This document shows positions 1-12,274 of a stretch of 64,000 bases of DNA, piece after piece; within the stretch, counting starts at the first letter, position 1, and each line of letters begins with the position of its first letter. The translations under genes were made by a program, and so were the position numbers. Origin of the DNA: Eledone cirrhosa (taxonomy: Eukaryota); NCBI GenBank assembly GCA_964016885.1, contig OZ024746.1:50096001-50160000 (forward strand). Direction: 5' to 3'. The notes under the pieces were generated by a model. The model saw only the letters and a list, made by a program, of their open reading frames with translations, was not told the DNA's origin and ran no database searches.

Positions 1-3000
1 AAAAACAAAATACAGAGGGAAACAAATAAACTATCAAACAAAAAAGTTAGGACAGATATGCCACCATCCACACCAGCATCACCAACCCCATCACCCCAAA
101 CACCAACACCATCACCATCATTAACCCAAACACCACCATCACCTACACCACAAAAGTCACCAAAAAGCGAAACAGAAACAAACCCACAACACACGCAAAC
201 AAAACAAAACAACCAAAACGATACAACCAATTATTACACTACATCCAACACAACACCAGCATCACAGAAAAAGACTACACAACAACCCAAAAGTTCACAC
301 CACCTCCACACATACAAATCAGTCGCATCACACAGAAAACGTACATGACTCTGAAATAAAAATTCCCCAAAGACATCGGAGACTTCCGACAAGCACTCTC
401 CAGGAGGATTTATAAGGACATCCTTCCGGAGGAGGCCACAAGCAGTGAAAAGGATGCAGAAACCGTTCTTCCTCTACGAGATGTAAGGTAAGTGGTCTTT
501 CCCATCTTTTCCACTCCATTTCAACATGACCTCACTCAGTATAGGCAGCATAAATGCGCGTGGCTTGGGGTCGTCATGGAAGCAGGGCCACCTGCTCAAC
601 GACCTCAGGTCACTAAACATAGATGTAGTGGCCATCAGCGAGACCAGAATCTCCGAAGCACGGGCCTTCGCACCGATCTTCGGCGGCTACGATGTGTACG
701 CATCTCCCAGCCGTCCTGGATCGGGGGGATGAGTTGCTGAGCTTTTACGGAGAGGTTTGGATCTCGCCATACGGGCCATCTTCCTGGACCCAGAGGGTGA
801 GTTGGTGGTGCTGGACGTGACCAGCGGAGACGGGCAAGCTTTCAGGCTAGTGGCCGTGTATGCCCCGACAGGAGCAGGGCGGCCTGATTTCTTACGGCTT
901 CTGGAGCCTTTCTTGGAACGTCCCGCTCTTTAGTGTTAGTGGGCGACTGGAACGGGATCTTAGATGCACGCTGGGACTGAAAATTAAACGAGGCGCTTAG
1001 CAAAGGCATCGCGACCGACGTGCTTGCGGCGAAATTGGCACATGACCAATTCTTCAATGCAAAGCACGAAGGCTGCGTTATCAGAGCTAGGGTGCGTGCT
1101 CTCAGACACGAGGGGACGAAAGCCGTTCAATGGGCCCGAGTGGCGGAGGCGCGTCGTGGCAACAACGCCACGATCCGGTCTTTGGTGGACCACGACGGGC
1201 ACATGCTACTCGATCCCGGGCAAATGTGTGAAGCTTTTCAGCGACACTCCGCTCAGCTGTTCGGGGGAAGCGGTGGGCCGGGTCTAGGGATGGACTTTCG
1301 TGTCTACCTCGACGGACTGCCACGGCTCTCGGCCACTGAGACGGAGTGTTGCGAAAAGCCGATAACAGCCGCTGAAGTACGGGAGGCAATGACTAGCTGC
1401 ACAAGGGAGAAATCGCCTGGTTTGGATGGTCTGCCCTATGAATTTACGTACAGATGCCATACTTGTTCGGAGGCCTCTTGGCAGACGTCTACTGCAACTG
1501 GCAACAGAACGGGAGAATTCCCAGCTCTGTGAGCCGAGGAGCGGTGGCACTGCTGAGAAAGGATCCGAACAAGGGGGATAACATAGATAATTTCAGGCCC
1601 ATAACTCTGCTAAACACAGAGTTCAAGATTTTGGCCAAGGTGCTAGCAAAGAGGTTGGCGCTTGTCGTTGGTGGTCTGGTGGGAGAGGCGCAGACATGCG
1701 CCATTCCCGACAGATCCATCCACGACAACCTCCACCTCGTGCGATACTTCGTAGAGAGGGTAGCTAGGGAACCTGGCACGGGTGGGTCCTATATCAATTT
1801 AGATCAGTCGAAAGCTTTCGATAGGCTCGACCATCGTTACCTAGCGGCAGTCCTGAGGGCGGCTAGCTTTGGAGCCCGTCTTCAGAGGCTGGATCGCTGC
1901 CATGCACAGCGACATCTGCTCTGTGGTGAGAGTGCACGGTCACCTTTCGGAACCGTTCAACATCATGCGCTCGGTCCGCCAAGGATGTCCCCTCTCGTCC
2001 CTCTTGTACGTATTGACTCTCGAGCCATTACTGCACAAACTGGAGACGTTGAGGGGCGTGCCGCGCGAACTAGGATGCGGAAGATCCGTGTCAGCATATG
2101 CCGACGATGTCACCGTAGTGGTGTCGAACGCCAAACACATCGAGGCGATCGGCACTACACTAAGAGAATACGAAGCGGTGACAGGAGCAATGATCAACCA
2201 GGAAAAGTCAGTGGGCCTGCAGCTCGGCACCTGGAGAGGCAGGTCCATGCCGTCCAACAGCGTCGTCGGACGCTGGACGGACGGACCGGTTAAATTGCTA
2301 GGGGTCTGGTTCGGTCCGGACCTCCAGTCGGACAAAAAACTGGGACAAGGTGACGAGCAGGGTGGCTTCTCTCATCCAGAAATCGGCGGAGAGGAAGCTA
2401 TCCCTGAAAGGTCGAGCGGAGGTGGCTAACGCGTACATCGCGTCTATCATCTGCTACCGCCTGACCGTCGTACCTTGTTCTAAGCCCCGCCTGACTGCGC
2501 TGAAGCGTTTGCTCTTTCACTTTTTGTGGAAGGGATGCGCTCCGATGGTCAGGAGGTCCATCTGCTGTCAACACCCGCTACGTGGAGAGCTGGGCATGCC
2601 GTGGCTGATGATTCGCAGTCACGCGCTCAGGCTACGACATCTCCACCTCTTCCTCGACGGTGATCAGGTGTGGTCGCCGTTTGCTAGACACGTATTTCCC
2701 CAGCTCGTTTCCTTGACGGAGCTGCAGTCCTGGGTCAAGCGAAGACCGAAAGGGAGCGCCTGGAGACTAGAATGTCTTCAGGCACTTACAGCCCTCGACC
2801 AATCGGGCAATATGATCGGTGGAAACTCAACCTCGGCGTTCTATAGAGGATTAGTGGAGGGGAAGAGCGACGACGTACTTGGGAAATTCTAGGCGTCGAC
2901 GAAAATCAACTAGCCAATCTCTTCGGAAGAACTTTCGGGTCAGGAGCTATGGACAACTTCCAGAAATCTCTGGCCTGGCAGTACTAACGAGGAGCCTTGC

Positions 3001-3727
3001 CAGTACGGGATAAACTCTACAGGCATGGAGGTGCCGTCAGCCGGGCATGTCCGAGATGCGCGCAGGGCGACGAAACCGTCCTGCACGCACTCGTCCAGTG
3101 TCCGAAAATTTCTGATTTGTGGGTTTATGTCGAACACCTGCTGTCGCGTGTAGGACGGATCCGGCTATCATCTGAGTCCATCGTGAGGATTGCCCCGCCC
3201 TCTTCCTTTAGCCGGGAAGGGCAGGCAGTTTTTATCTGTCTGGTGGCCATGGCGAAAGAGATAGTATGGTGGACACTTTGAAAGGGCTGAAGACGAGCAC
3301 TTACCTCTTCGGTGATGCCCTGATTGACTTTTTCAAATTTCATTTGAAAAGGAAAATCAGAGTAGAGAGGGAAGTGCTTTCTTCCCAGCATTTTGTTGAA
3401 ATATGGGTGAGAGAAGCAAGAATGGCCCGAGTGAATGGGCCTACTCTGAGTACGTATCTCTAAATTAAAGGTGGAAAACTGAGAGAGAGCACTTGCCTTG
3501 GTGGTTAGGGTCACTGTGGCCTTTTACTGGGCTTTCTCCACAAATGTCCCTCCGAAGTCTCCCCCCTATTGGGGAATTTTTCATTGTTATATTTTTTTGT
3601 TTTTTTTTTGTTACATCCTCTGTTTTTGTTTTTTACACGCAGAAATGCCCATTAGTACCGTCCTGTATTGTCCTGCACTCTCCTTAATGTCTACTTTATG
3701 TAAACCCTTGTGGTTAATAAAGAAATC
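1..3727 (+). mobile_element. Tx1/L1-clade non-LTR retrotransposon, decayed; 5' part lies outside the window
   Basis: Pro/Thr/Gln-rich putative ORF1 tail (1-~520), then APE-RT-CCHC ORF2. The 3' UTR has AATAAA at 3716-3721 followed by (ATT)n at 3728-3746. Confidence 0.85.
526..3463 (+). pseudogene. ORF2 pseudogene: APE endonuclease + reverse transcriptase + CCHC zinc knuckle
   Basis: APE motifs SINARGL...AISET, AVYAP and LVGDWN. RT motifs KSPGLDGLP, FRPITLLN, DQSKAFD, RQGCPLS and AYADD (~2095-2110). Knuckle CPRCAQGDETVLHALVQC. Several stops and frameshifts, plus an internal deletion after GDWN (~978). Confidence 0.9.
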
Positions 3728-3746
3728 ATTATTATTATTATTATTA

Positions 3747-6700
3747 CAGTTGCATTTATCTTGCTTTATGTTCATACGAGTTATCACCAAGTCACAACCA
3801 GTGACCTCAAGAGACAACAAGGTCCGCCATGTTCAAGAAAGAACATACATACTCACACATGCATCTTTAGTGTTTAGACTTGTGATGTACTTATATTGAC
3901 AGAATCTTCCTTAGTTTATGGGCAGTTCCCATTAGTACTATCTTTTGTATTTCTCCTATACGCGGGTTTCCTGGGATTTGCGATAAGTAATCATTAGACC
4001 CCTTAGGTATCATTCCTAGAGAGCCTACAACCACTGGTATTGTTTTAGTTCTCAATTTCCACATTTTTCCAATTTCTATCTCCAGGTCCTTATACTTGCT
4101 CAATTTTTCAAATGTTTTTATAGATACATTCTTGTCTATTGGAACAGACATATCAATTAGCAAGCATACCCTCTTTTTAAAGTCCTTCAACATTATATCA
4201 GGTCTGTTTGCATCTATTTTTCGGTCTGTTTGGATGCTAAAGTTCCACAAGATTGAGATGTGATCTTTTTCAAGTATGGGAGGTGGTTGATGCTCCCACC
4301 AATTCTTTTGATGGGGCAGGTCAAAATGCTTACACATTATCCAATGTATGTATTGTGCAGCTCTGTCATGCCTGTTTAGGTATTCGATTGGAACTATAGG
4401 ACTGCACATTGAAATTATATGGTCAATGGTCTCTGGTTGTTTTTTGCATACACGGCATAATGGGCTGCATCCATTTTTTATTATGTTGGCTTGGTAATTT
4501 TTTTGTTGGCAGACACTGATCTTGTGCTGATATAATCAGTCCTTCAGTTTCCGATTTCAGTCCAGAGGATGCCAACCACTGATGGGTTAAAGTTTTGTCA
4601 ACATCAGGATTGTTAGCTCGCTCTGGGTATTTTCCATACAGAGGCTTTTCTTGCCATTTCTGTAGCAGTTCTTTCTTTGCAGTTACTTTTACCTGCTTTG
4701 CTTTTTCTGTGTTTTCCATTTCAGCAGTAAATGGGACTTCTGAAATTTGTAGTCCATTACTGTATCTTTGTGCATCTTTTGTAATGGAATATGATCTTTT
4801 GATGTTTTCGTGTTTCAAAACGAGTTTGATCATCCAATCATGTGATTCCCTTAGATATGTAGATAATCCAATTGTTGCAGTTTTCAACGCAATGTCTAAC
4901 TGGATTAACCCACGTCCTCCTTCTTTCCTAGGGAGATATATTCTATCTATATCTGCCTTAGGGTGATGCATTCTGTGCATGGTTAAGAATTTTCGAATTT
5001 TTGTATCGAGCCTACGGATCTCTGTGCTTGACCAGTTGATGACATTGTAACTGTAGGTTACTACTGGTGTGGCAAGCGTGTTTATGGCATCGATCCTATT
5101 CCTTGCATTCAATTCCGTTGTTAAGATTGCTCTTACTCTGCGGTAACATTCCTTCCTTATCCTTTCCCTCATTGTCGAGTGCTTGATTCCGTCTCCTTCA
5201 CAAACACCTAGATATTTGTAAGTTTTTTCTTGATCATGTTCTCTTATCACGTTCCCCCAATCAAGATTTCCTCTGGTGAACGTTGCTTTGGCGCATTTAT
5301 CTAGTCCAAACTCCATTTTAATGTCATCACTGTGGATAATAGCCCGTGCAATTGTTCATCATTTTTTGCAAATAGTTTCAGGTCATCCATGTAGAACAGG
5401 TGATTAACGGTTTTGTCATAGACTTTATATCCATGTTTTCATTGAGCATTTTACTTAATGGTATAAGTGCGATGCAGAATAAAAGCGGTGATAAAGAGTC
5501 ACCCTGAAAAATTCCACAATTAATATTAACTTCTCCAGCTTCCAGTGATTTTGTTTCACTATTCAAACGGAGTGTCGTTTTACATGTCTTCATACTGAAT
5601 GACAAAAACCTCCTGACAACGGGGGATATTTTGAAAATCTTTAAACATTTTTCAATCCAACTGTGTGGCAAACTATCGGATGCTTTTTTATAATCTATCC
5701 AATCAATTGATAGATTTATGTGTCTATTATGACAATCTTCCAGTATCATTTTGTTTAACCAGAAGCTGATCCTTACAGCCATATGAGCCTCGTTTACACC
5801 CTTTCTGCTCAATAGGAAATAGGTCATTTGTTATCAGGTGGTCATATGTACATTCAGTTAGGACTGATGTTAAAATGTTATACATTGTGGTCAAGCAAGT
5901 TATCGGTCTGTAATTTTTGGGATTGTTTGTCTCATCATTCTTCGGAAGCAGGAATGTAATGCCGTTAACTAACCATGATGGTATCTATTCTGGCTCCTTA
6001 GCTATTTCATTGTAAAGTTGGGCTAACAGCTCATGAGACTCTGTGAAGGCATTTATCCAAAAATGTTGTATTTTGTCTTTTCCTGGGGATTTCTATTTGC
6101 TGGTTTTTCTTAGAGCCAAGCGCAACTGTTCAACTGTTATATGTTCTCATATTTGTTCTTCAATGTGAGCTGTATCTTTCATTTGTCTGTCTATCCATGT
6201 GGCATGTATGTTATGAACTTTTTCTTCGGCCCAGATCTTTTCCCATAATTCTTGCACTTCCTCCTTGGGTGGTATTGATTTAGCAGTTATTGTTGACTTA
6301 CCAATTTTTCTGTAGAAGTTTCTTTGGTTGTTTTTGAACATAGTATTGTCCTTATAGAATCTAGATCGTTTTTCAAAGCGCCTTATACGAGCAGCTTTGG
6401 CCGACACTTTTTGTTTGATTATTTCTATCAGCATGGCTATGTCACTTGTTGATCTTATACTGTACTTTCTTTTCAATTTTCTAAGTTTAGTTTGTCTAAC
6501 TTGTTCACCTACTTTATAGTTTGTTAAAATTTCTATGTTAGATCGGAGCGGATGCATAATAGAGATGATTTAAATCAGTAATGTTTAGTTTGTTTGTGAT
6601 GATAATGTTTTTGAGAATTATGTTAGTCTTGTGTATTATCTTTTGGTTCTGTTTGGAGTTCTGGATCTTAGGGAGGGTGTCTCGTTGCCCCATGTCAGAT

Positions 6701-7315
6701 TCTTTCATTTTCATCCATTCGATCATAATTTCATAATTTCAATAGCTTGATCTGATCAATTTCTATATCAGTTGGTAACTTTTTTCTTACAATATTTCTT
6801 CGTATATTAGCTAGTTTGTTACTGTCAATATAGCCTCTGTTTTCGGGATGTTTCTTTTTCCAGTTGATATATGTAGAAAGCCTCAAGGACTTCTTTATTA
6901 TCTTCCCTTGACCATTTTTCTCTCTTTTTCTTTGGATTTCTTGGTGGTGAGCATGGAGGGCCAACAGTAGGAGTAATCCGGTTATGGCAGGTCTCCAGCT
7001 CCGAAGTGATGGGAAGGTTTGAACCATTAGCTGATTTTTCGACACCAGTCTGGTTCCTCTCTGGGGTACGCGGCCCTTTTTTACCCGGGTGACGGCCGAT
7101 CCGGTATGAGATTTTATCATTAGACATTTACTTTATTTTGTCGCGTTTTATCCTTATCCGCCAAGGGGTAATCATTTCGTGTTACCACTTCTAGAACGAG
7201 TGTCAACCAAGACTAGAGGGGTCGTTCTCCCCTAGAGACACGGCTATTCCCCGCCGGCCGCCATCCCGGTATTTCTTGGTCACGGGGTTTTCTTTTTTGT
7301 TGTTTTTTTAAATTG
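3747..7315 (-). mobile_element. R4/Dong-clade RLE non-LTR retrotransposon, near full length, decayed
   Basis: Single-ORF RT-CCHC-RLE architecture. The 3' end runs directly into (TAA)6 on the minus strand, the known Dong-type target/tail. The 5' boundary is approximate. Confidence 0.85.
3891..7127 (-). pseudogene. RT + restriction-like endonuclease pseudogene
   Basis: WIDYKKASDS, GIFQGDSLSPLLFC, FYMDDLK (frameshifted), MEFGLDKC, YLPRKEGGRGL, CRVC...ETIDH...C, RHD and RPDI...LID...EKLSKY (PD-(D/E)xK RLE). Broken into at least 7 ORF pieces. Confidence 0.9.
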
Positions 7316-7387
7316 TTATTATCATGAGTGGTTCCTTAATGTGAGCATTGCGTGGCTTAAGAATGAAATTATTAATAATTAAAAAGC

Positions 7388-7893
<506 letters not shown>

Positions 7894-8038
7894 TGTTTGA
7901 GATGTACATATAAATTATGTCGATAACAAAGGAACTTTAGCCATATGCGTAACACCATGGGATTGATACAAACGAAAAAGAAAACAATTCACACTAAAAA
8001 ACATGAAACAACAGCTGTAACGGCAATATTAATTTCAA

Positions 8039-8084
<46 letters not shown>

Positions 8085-8407
8085 TGTTGTTGTTGTTGTT
8101 GTTGTAGTAGTTGTAAAACACTTCAAACTGCATCAAATACCTAGACCAAAACTATAAGAAAAAACATTTATAGCAACGACTTCTTTGTTCGGCATGACGC
8201 CAAACATTATATAAGAGGGTAAGAATGAGAAGATGCAATGTTCGTCCAGTCCCTCTTAAACGTTAACTGAGTAATTAAACTAAATTGTTCACATCGTGGA
8301 AGATTACCTCTTACACAACGCATTTTACCATAGTAATGATGATGATGATAACGATGATGATCATAGTGATGATGATGGTGATGATGATACTACTACTACT
8401 ATTACTA

Positions 8408-8597
8408 CTTCCCTCGCTACTTTGATTTTCCTCTTCAAGTGAAACCTGAAAAAGTTAATCAAGGCTTCGCCGAAGAGGAAACTGCTTTCAAACATGTCTA
8501 CCACACGACCCTTTTCGCCATGGTTAAAGGAATGTGGCAGGGCGATCTTTACGATGGATTCAGTTGATAGCCGCAACCGTTCTACACGTGATAGCAA
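8408..8597 (-). pseudogene. Tx1-family ORF2 C-terminal fragment
   Basis: LSRVERLRLSTESIVKIALPHSF...LFGEALINFFRFHLKRKIKVAREV aligns with LSRVGRIRLSSESIVRIAPPSSF and LFGDALIDFFKFHLKRKIRVEREV at 3140-3375. Confidence 0.85.
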
Positions 8598-8665
8598 TAA
8601 TAGTAATAACAGTAAACAACATTATATGCAAAGTTCAAACTTTCCAAGCGCTGAGGAATTACGAA

Positions 8666-9175
8666 ATTCATAGAAAACATAGGAAATTCAGACACAGGAA
8701 ACAACTGTAAATACAGTTGGTAGCTATAAATAACTTAGAAAAGCGGGTAAAAACACCTTACATACAGTATCTGAAAGATTTGAGGTTTGATTAGTTATAG
8801 CGGTCGCTAGTCACTTTTTCCGATTATAAGGGGTCTATATCCGATTTTTTAAGTTATTTATAGAAACCAACTATATCTATAGTTAATGTTTGTTTCTGGG
8901 TTTCGTAAATGTTCTATGATCTTCATAATCCCTTAGCACAATGCTGTTTAGATTCAAAGAAAGCTGTTTCATTTAGCTTCATAATTTAGCCGGTGATTGG
9001 GACTGCTCAGCAGTTTAGCCGGCATCTGAAAGATATGAAGTTCGATGCCTCGTAGTGACCGCTGCTTTCATTTTATCGCATACAAGTGATACTTGCCCGA
9101 TTTTCTAAGCTAAACATAGCAACCAATTGTTTTACAGTTATTTCCTGCGTCTGAGTTCAAACATTTTCTATGAAT
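8666..9175. mobile_element. MITE-like element with long imperfect terminal inverted repeats
   Basis: ATTCATAGAAAA...TCAGACACAGGAAACAACTGTAAATACAGTTGGTAGCTAT (from 8666) matches the reverse complement of ATAGCAACCAATTGTTTTACAGTTATTTCCTGCGTCTGAG...TTTTCTATGAAT (to 9175). Similarity continues about 85-145 bp inward. Confidence 0.65.
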
Positions 9176-9184
9176 AATAACAGT

Positions 9185-9830
9185 AATAATAATAATATTG
9201 GTTTCTGATTTAAGCACAAGGTCAGCAATTTTGGGGAAGGGGAAAACTGATTAAATTGATCCCATTCCATTACTGGTGCTTTATTTTTTATCGACCCCGT
9301 AAGGATGAAAGGCAAAGCTAACCTCGGTGGGATTTGAACTCAGAACGTAAAGGGCCGTAACTATATGCTGCAAATCACGGTGTCCGACGCTCTATCGATA
9401 CTGTCAACCCATTCTCCTAATAATAATTGTTTCTACTTTTGGCACAAGGCCAGCAATTACCCAGTACATTACTGGTACTTTATTTTATCGACCCCGTAAG
9501 GATGAAAGGCAAAGTTAACCTCGGCGGGATTTGAACTCAGATCATAAAGGGACGTAACTCTATGCTTCAAAGCATGGTGTCCGACTCTCTACCGATACTG
9601 CCAGTCCACTGCCAATCCACTCTCCTAATAATAATTGTTTCTACTTTAGGCACAAGGCCAGCAATTACCCAGTGCATTACTGGTACTTTATTTTATCGAC
9701 CCCGTAAGGATGAAAGGCAAAGTCAACCTCGGCGGGATTTGAACTCAGATCGTAAAGGGACGTAACTATGCTGGAAAGCATGGCGTCCGACTCTCTACCG
9801 ATACTGCCAATCCACTCTCCTAATAATAAT
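9185..9830 (-). mobile_element. Three tandem copies of a tRNA-derived SINE (~200 bp units)
   Basis: Minus strand: A-box-like TGGCAGTATCGGTAGA, B-box GAGTTCAAATCCCGCC, central GCCTTTCATCCTTACGGGGTCGATAAAATAAAGTACCAG and a (TTA)n tail. Confidence 0.8.
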
Positions 9831-10392
9831 GAGAATAATAATTGACAATGTAATATTAATAATTATTATTATTACAGAGAAAAACTAAGAAGCCACTACT
9901 CCACAGCAAGTATAGATAGAATATATTTGGTCGCTCCGCACAAATAAGACGTGGTCTGATACAAATAGAAACTTACTATGAAATAACAACAGTTGAACTG
10001 GAAAAATACTTAGAAGTAAACAGAGGAAAGCTGATAAGTGTAATAAAGAAACACGAATAGAACAAAACAAATAAAACAAACAAACAAGCAGACAAAAAAA
10101 CAAACGAACAAGTAAAAATAAATTGTTTTCTATATACAAAGAAACAATAAAACAGAAACTAAAAGCTAACTCTACGGAAACAGTAAATATAGATAACAAT
10201 AATACGACTGAAAAATAAAAAAAAATAAAGATCCTATTAAAATGCTATTAGAAATTATACTGAAGAAGTAATGGTAAAAAAATCCTCGCTACGCTCGACA
10301 GAAAAAAGAAGCTCAATGTAAACAATGGCTCAGAAACTCTGGGCTAAAAGCAGAAACAGTACTGAATCTGACCATAAACTATTACAATACTA

Positions 10393-10590
10393 CTAATAAT
10401 TGTTTCTGATTGGGGCACAAGGCCAACAATTTGGGGGCGGAAAAATTACTGGTACTTTATTTTATCGACACCGTAAGGATGCAAGGCAAAGCTAACCTTG
10501 GTAGAATTTGAACTCAGAAAGTAAAGGGACGTAACTACATGCTGCAAAGCCTGTCTGACAGACTACCGATACTGCAAATCCACCATCCAC
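10393..10590 (-). mobile_element. Same SINE family
   Basis: GGCACAAGGCCA...ACTGGTACTTTATTTTATCGAC...GAACTCAGA...CCGATACTGC. Confidence 0.8.
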
Positions 10591-10604
10591 AAAAATAAAA
10601 TAAT

Positions 10605-10710
10605 AAAATAAATCCAAACAGCAATTGCAGCCTATACTGCCAGCTCAATGAGATAGGAGAGCACTTCATCACCGGCTGTCAAGTTCTTCCTAATTCTGAA
10701 CATATCGATT
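10605..10710 (+). pseudogene. Old R4/Dong-like zinc-knuckle fragment
   Basis: Translates NCSLYCQLNEIGEHFITGCQVLPNSEHID, similar to the CRxC...ETIxHxxxxC..L...EY knuckle of the element at 4400-4460. Confidence 0.5.
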
Positions 10711-10927
10711 GTTTTGTTTGACGCTCTAACGACTCTATCAAAAACCACACAATATAATACACAAACCACACAGCACATACTTTGCACAATTAGCACTTAT
10801 ATAAAATAACACACAACACTGTTTCATTATCGATACTCAGCATTATAACACAATCAACTCGCATTTTAAACAATCGACAGCTAATAGTATAACACAGCCA
10901 CACATCTCTAAAATACACCACACCAGT

Positions 10928-11103
10928 CAGGGCCGGACTAAGCTCTTTGCGGGCTCGTAAGCACATAAAAGGTTATGGTGCTTCATTTATAAAAAGTCTG
11001 TCTTTTTGGAATGACAAATACATTTAATTTGAAAAAATGGTGCCCCTCTTCCCTTGATAGCTTAAGCATGTGCTTATTTTGCTTAATTGTTAATCCAGCA
11101 CAG
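10928..11103. mobile_element. hAT-like MITE (176 bp)
   Basis: TIRs CAGGGCCGGACTAA / TTAATCCAGCACAG. Degenerate 8-bp TSD ACACCAGT (10920-10927) / GCACCAAT (11104-11111). Confidence 0.65.
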
Positions 11104-11324
11104 GCACCAATACACAGTATATACGAATCACAAAGCCGCCAAACAATATAACACATACTCTATACAATAGACGAAGCACTAAAATAACACCAGAAATAAC
11201 GAAACAAACCTGGCAGCAATACAATACAGATGTAAAATGCGAACACAATTATATATCCCTAAAAGACAATGAGGCACAAATATCAGGAAGATGGGGGCGT
11301 GTATTTGGTGTTGAAGACAGGATA

Positions 11325-11965
11325 AATAATAATAAGGCCAACAATTTTGGATGGGAAGAAAGTCGATTAAATCAGTCCCAGTGGTACTTTATTTTATTGA
11401 CCCCCGTAAGAATAAAAGGCAAAGCTAACCTCGGCGTGATTTAAACTCAGAAGGTAAAGGGACATAGCTATATGCCACAAAACATGATGCTCGACGTTCT
11501 AGCGATAATGCCATTCCACCACCCTCTACCAATACAGCTATTCTACAATAATAATTGTTTCTACATTTTTGGCACAAGGCCAGCAATAAACCAGTGCATT
11601 ACTGGTACTTTATTTTATCGACCACGTAAGGGTGAAAGGCAAACTCGGCGGGATTTGAACTCAGAATGGCAAGGACCGTAACTCTATGCGTCAAAGCATG
11701 GCGCCCGACCCTCTACCGATACTGCCTATTCTACAATAATAATAATTCTTTCTAATATTGGCACAAGGCCAGCAATTTGGGGAGGAGTAAAGTCCATTAT
11801 ATCGACTCCATTAAATGTTTGGTATTTTATTTTATCAACTGTCTGCAACAACAACAACAACAACAACAACAATAATACTGGTGTCTGATTTAAGCACAAG
11901 GCCAGCAATATTAGGAGCGGGAAAGTCAATTAAATCGACCCAGTACATGACTGGTACTTTATATT
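11325..11965 (-). mobile_element. Cluster of 2 full and 2 partial SINE copies
   Basis: Repeated AAGGCCA(G/A)CAAT, TGGTACTTTATTTTAT and AACTCAGAA motifs. Confidence 0.75.
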
Positions 11966-12039
11966 AGGTGAATTTCTCGGTGCTTGCTGAACGCACGCAT
12001 CCCCAATTGACTAGTCACTCCTCCCATCATCACCCATAT

Positions 12040-12200
12040 TGTACCCCTTACATTAACTACAATCCCCTGTCATTCCTGCTCGGAACGTTGGCCTTCTAAA
12101 GCTCTCTCCCTACTCATATCTTTCCATAAAAGAGTGGGCCTTCAATAATTTAAACAGAACATCACCGGCATCAATCTCTCTGGTCTCAGAGGGCCTATGA
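12040..12200 (-). pseudogene. Very old Tx1-like ORF2 C-terminal remnant
   Basis: Minus strand GDVLFKLLKAH and, after a frameshift, KI*VGREL resemble GDALIDFFKFHLKRKIRVEREVL. Confidence 0.4.
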
Positions 12201-12274
12201 AGGATATTGGCACTGTCTTTGCTTACAGAATTACCTCCACCACTAGCACCACAAACAACACCATTTTCCTGCGC

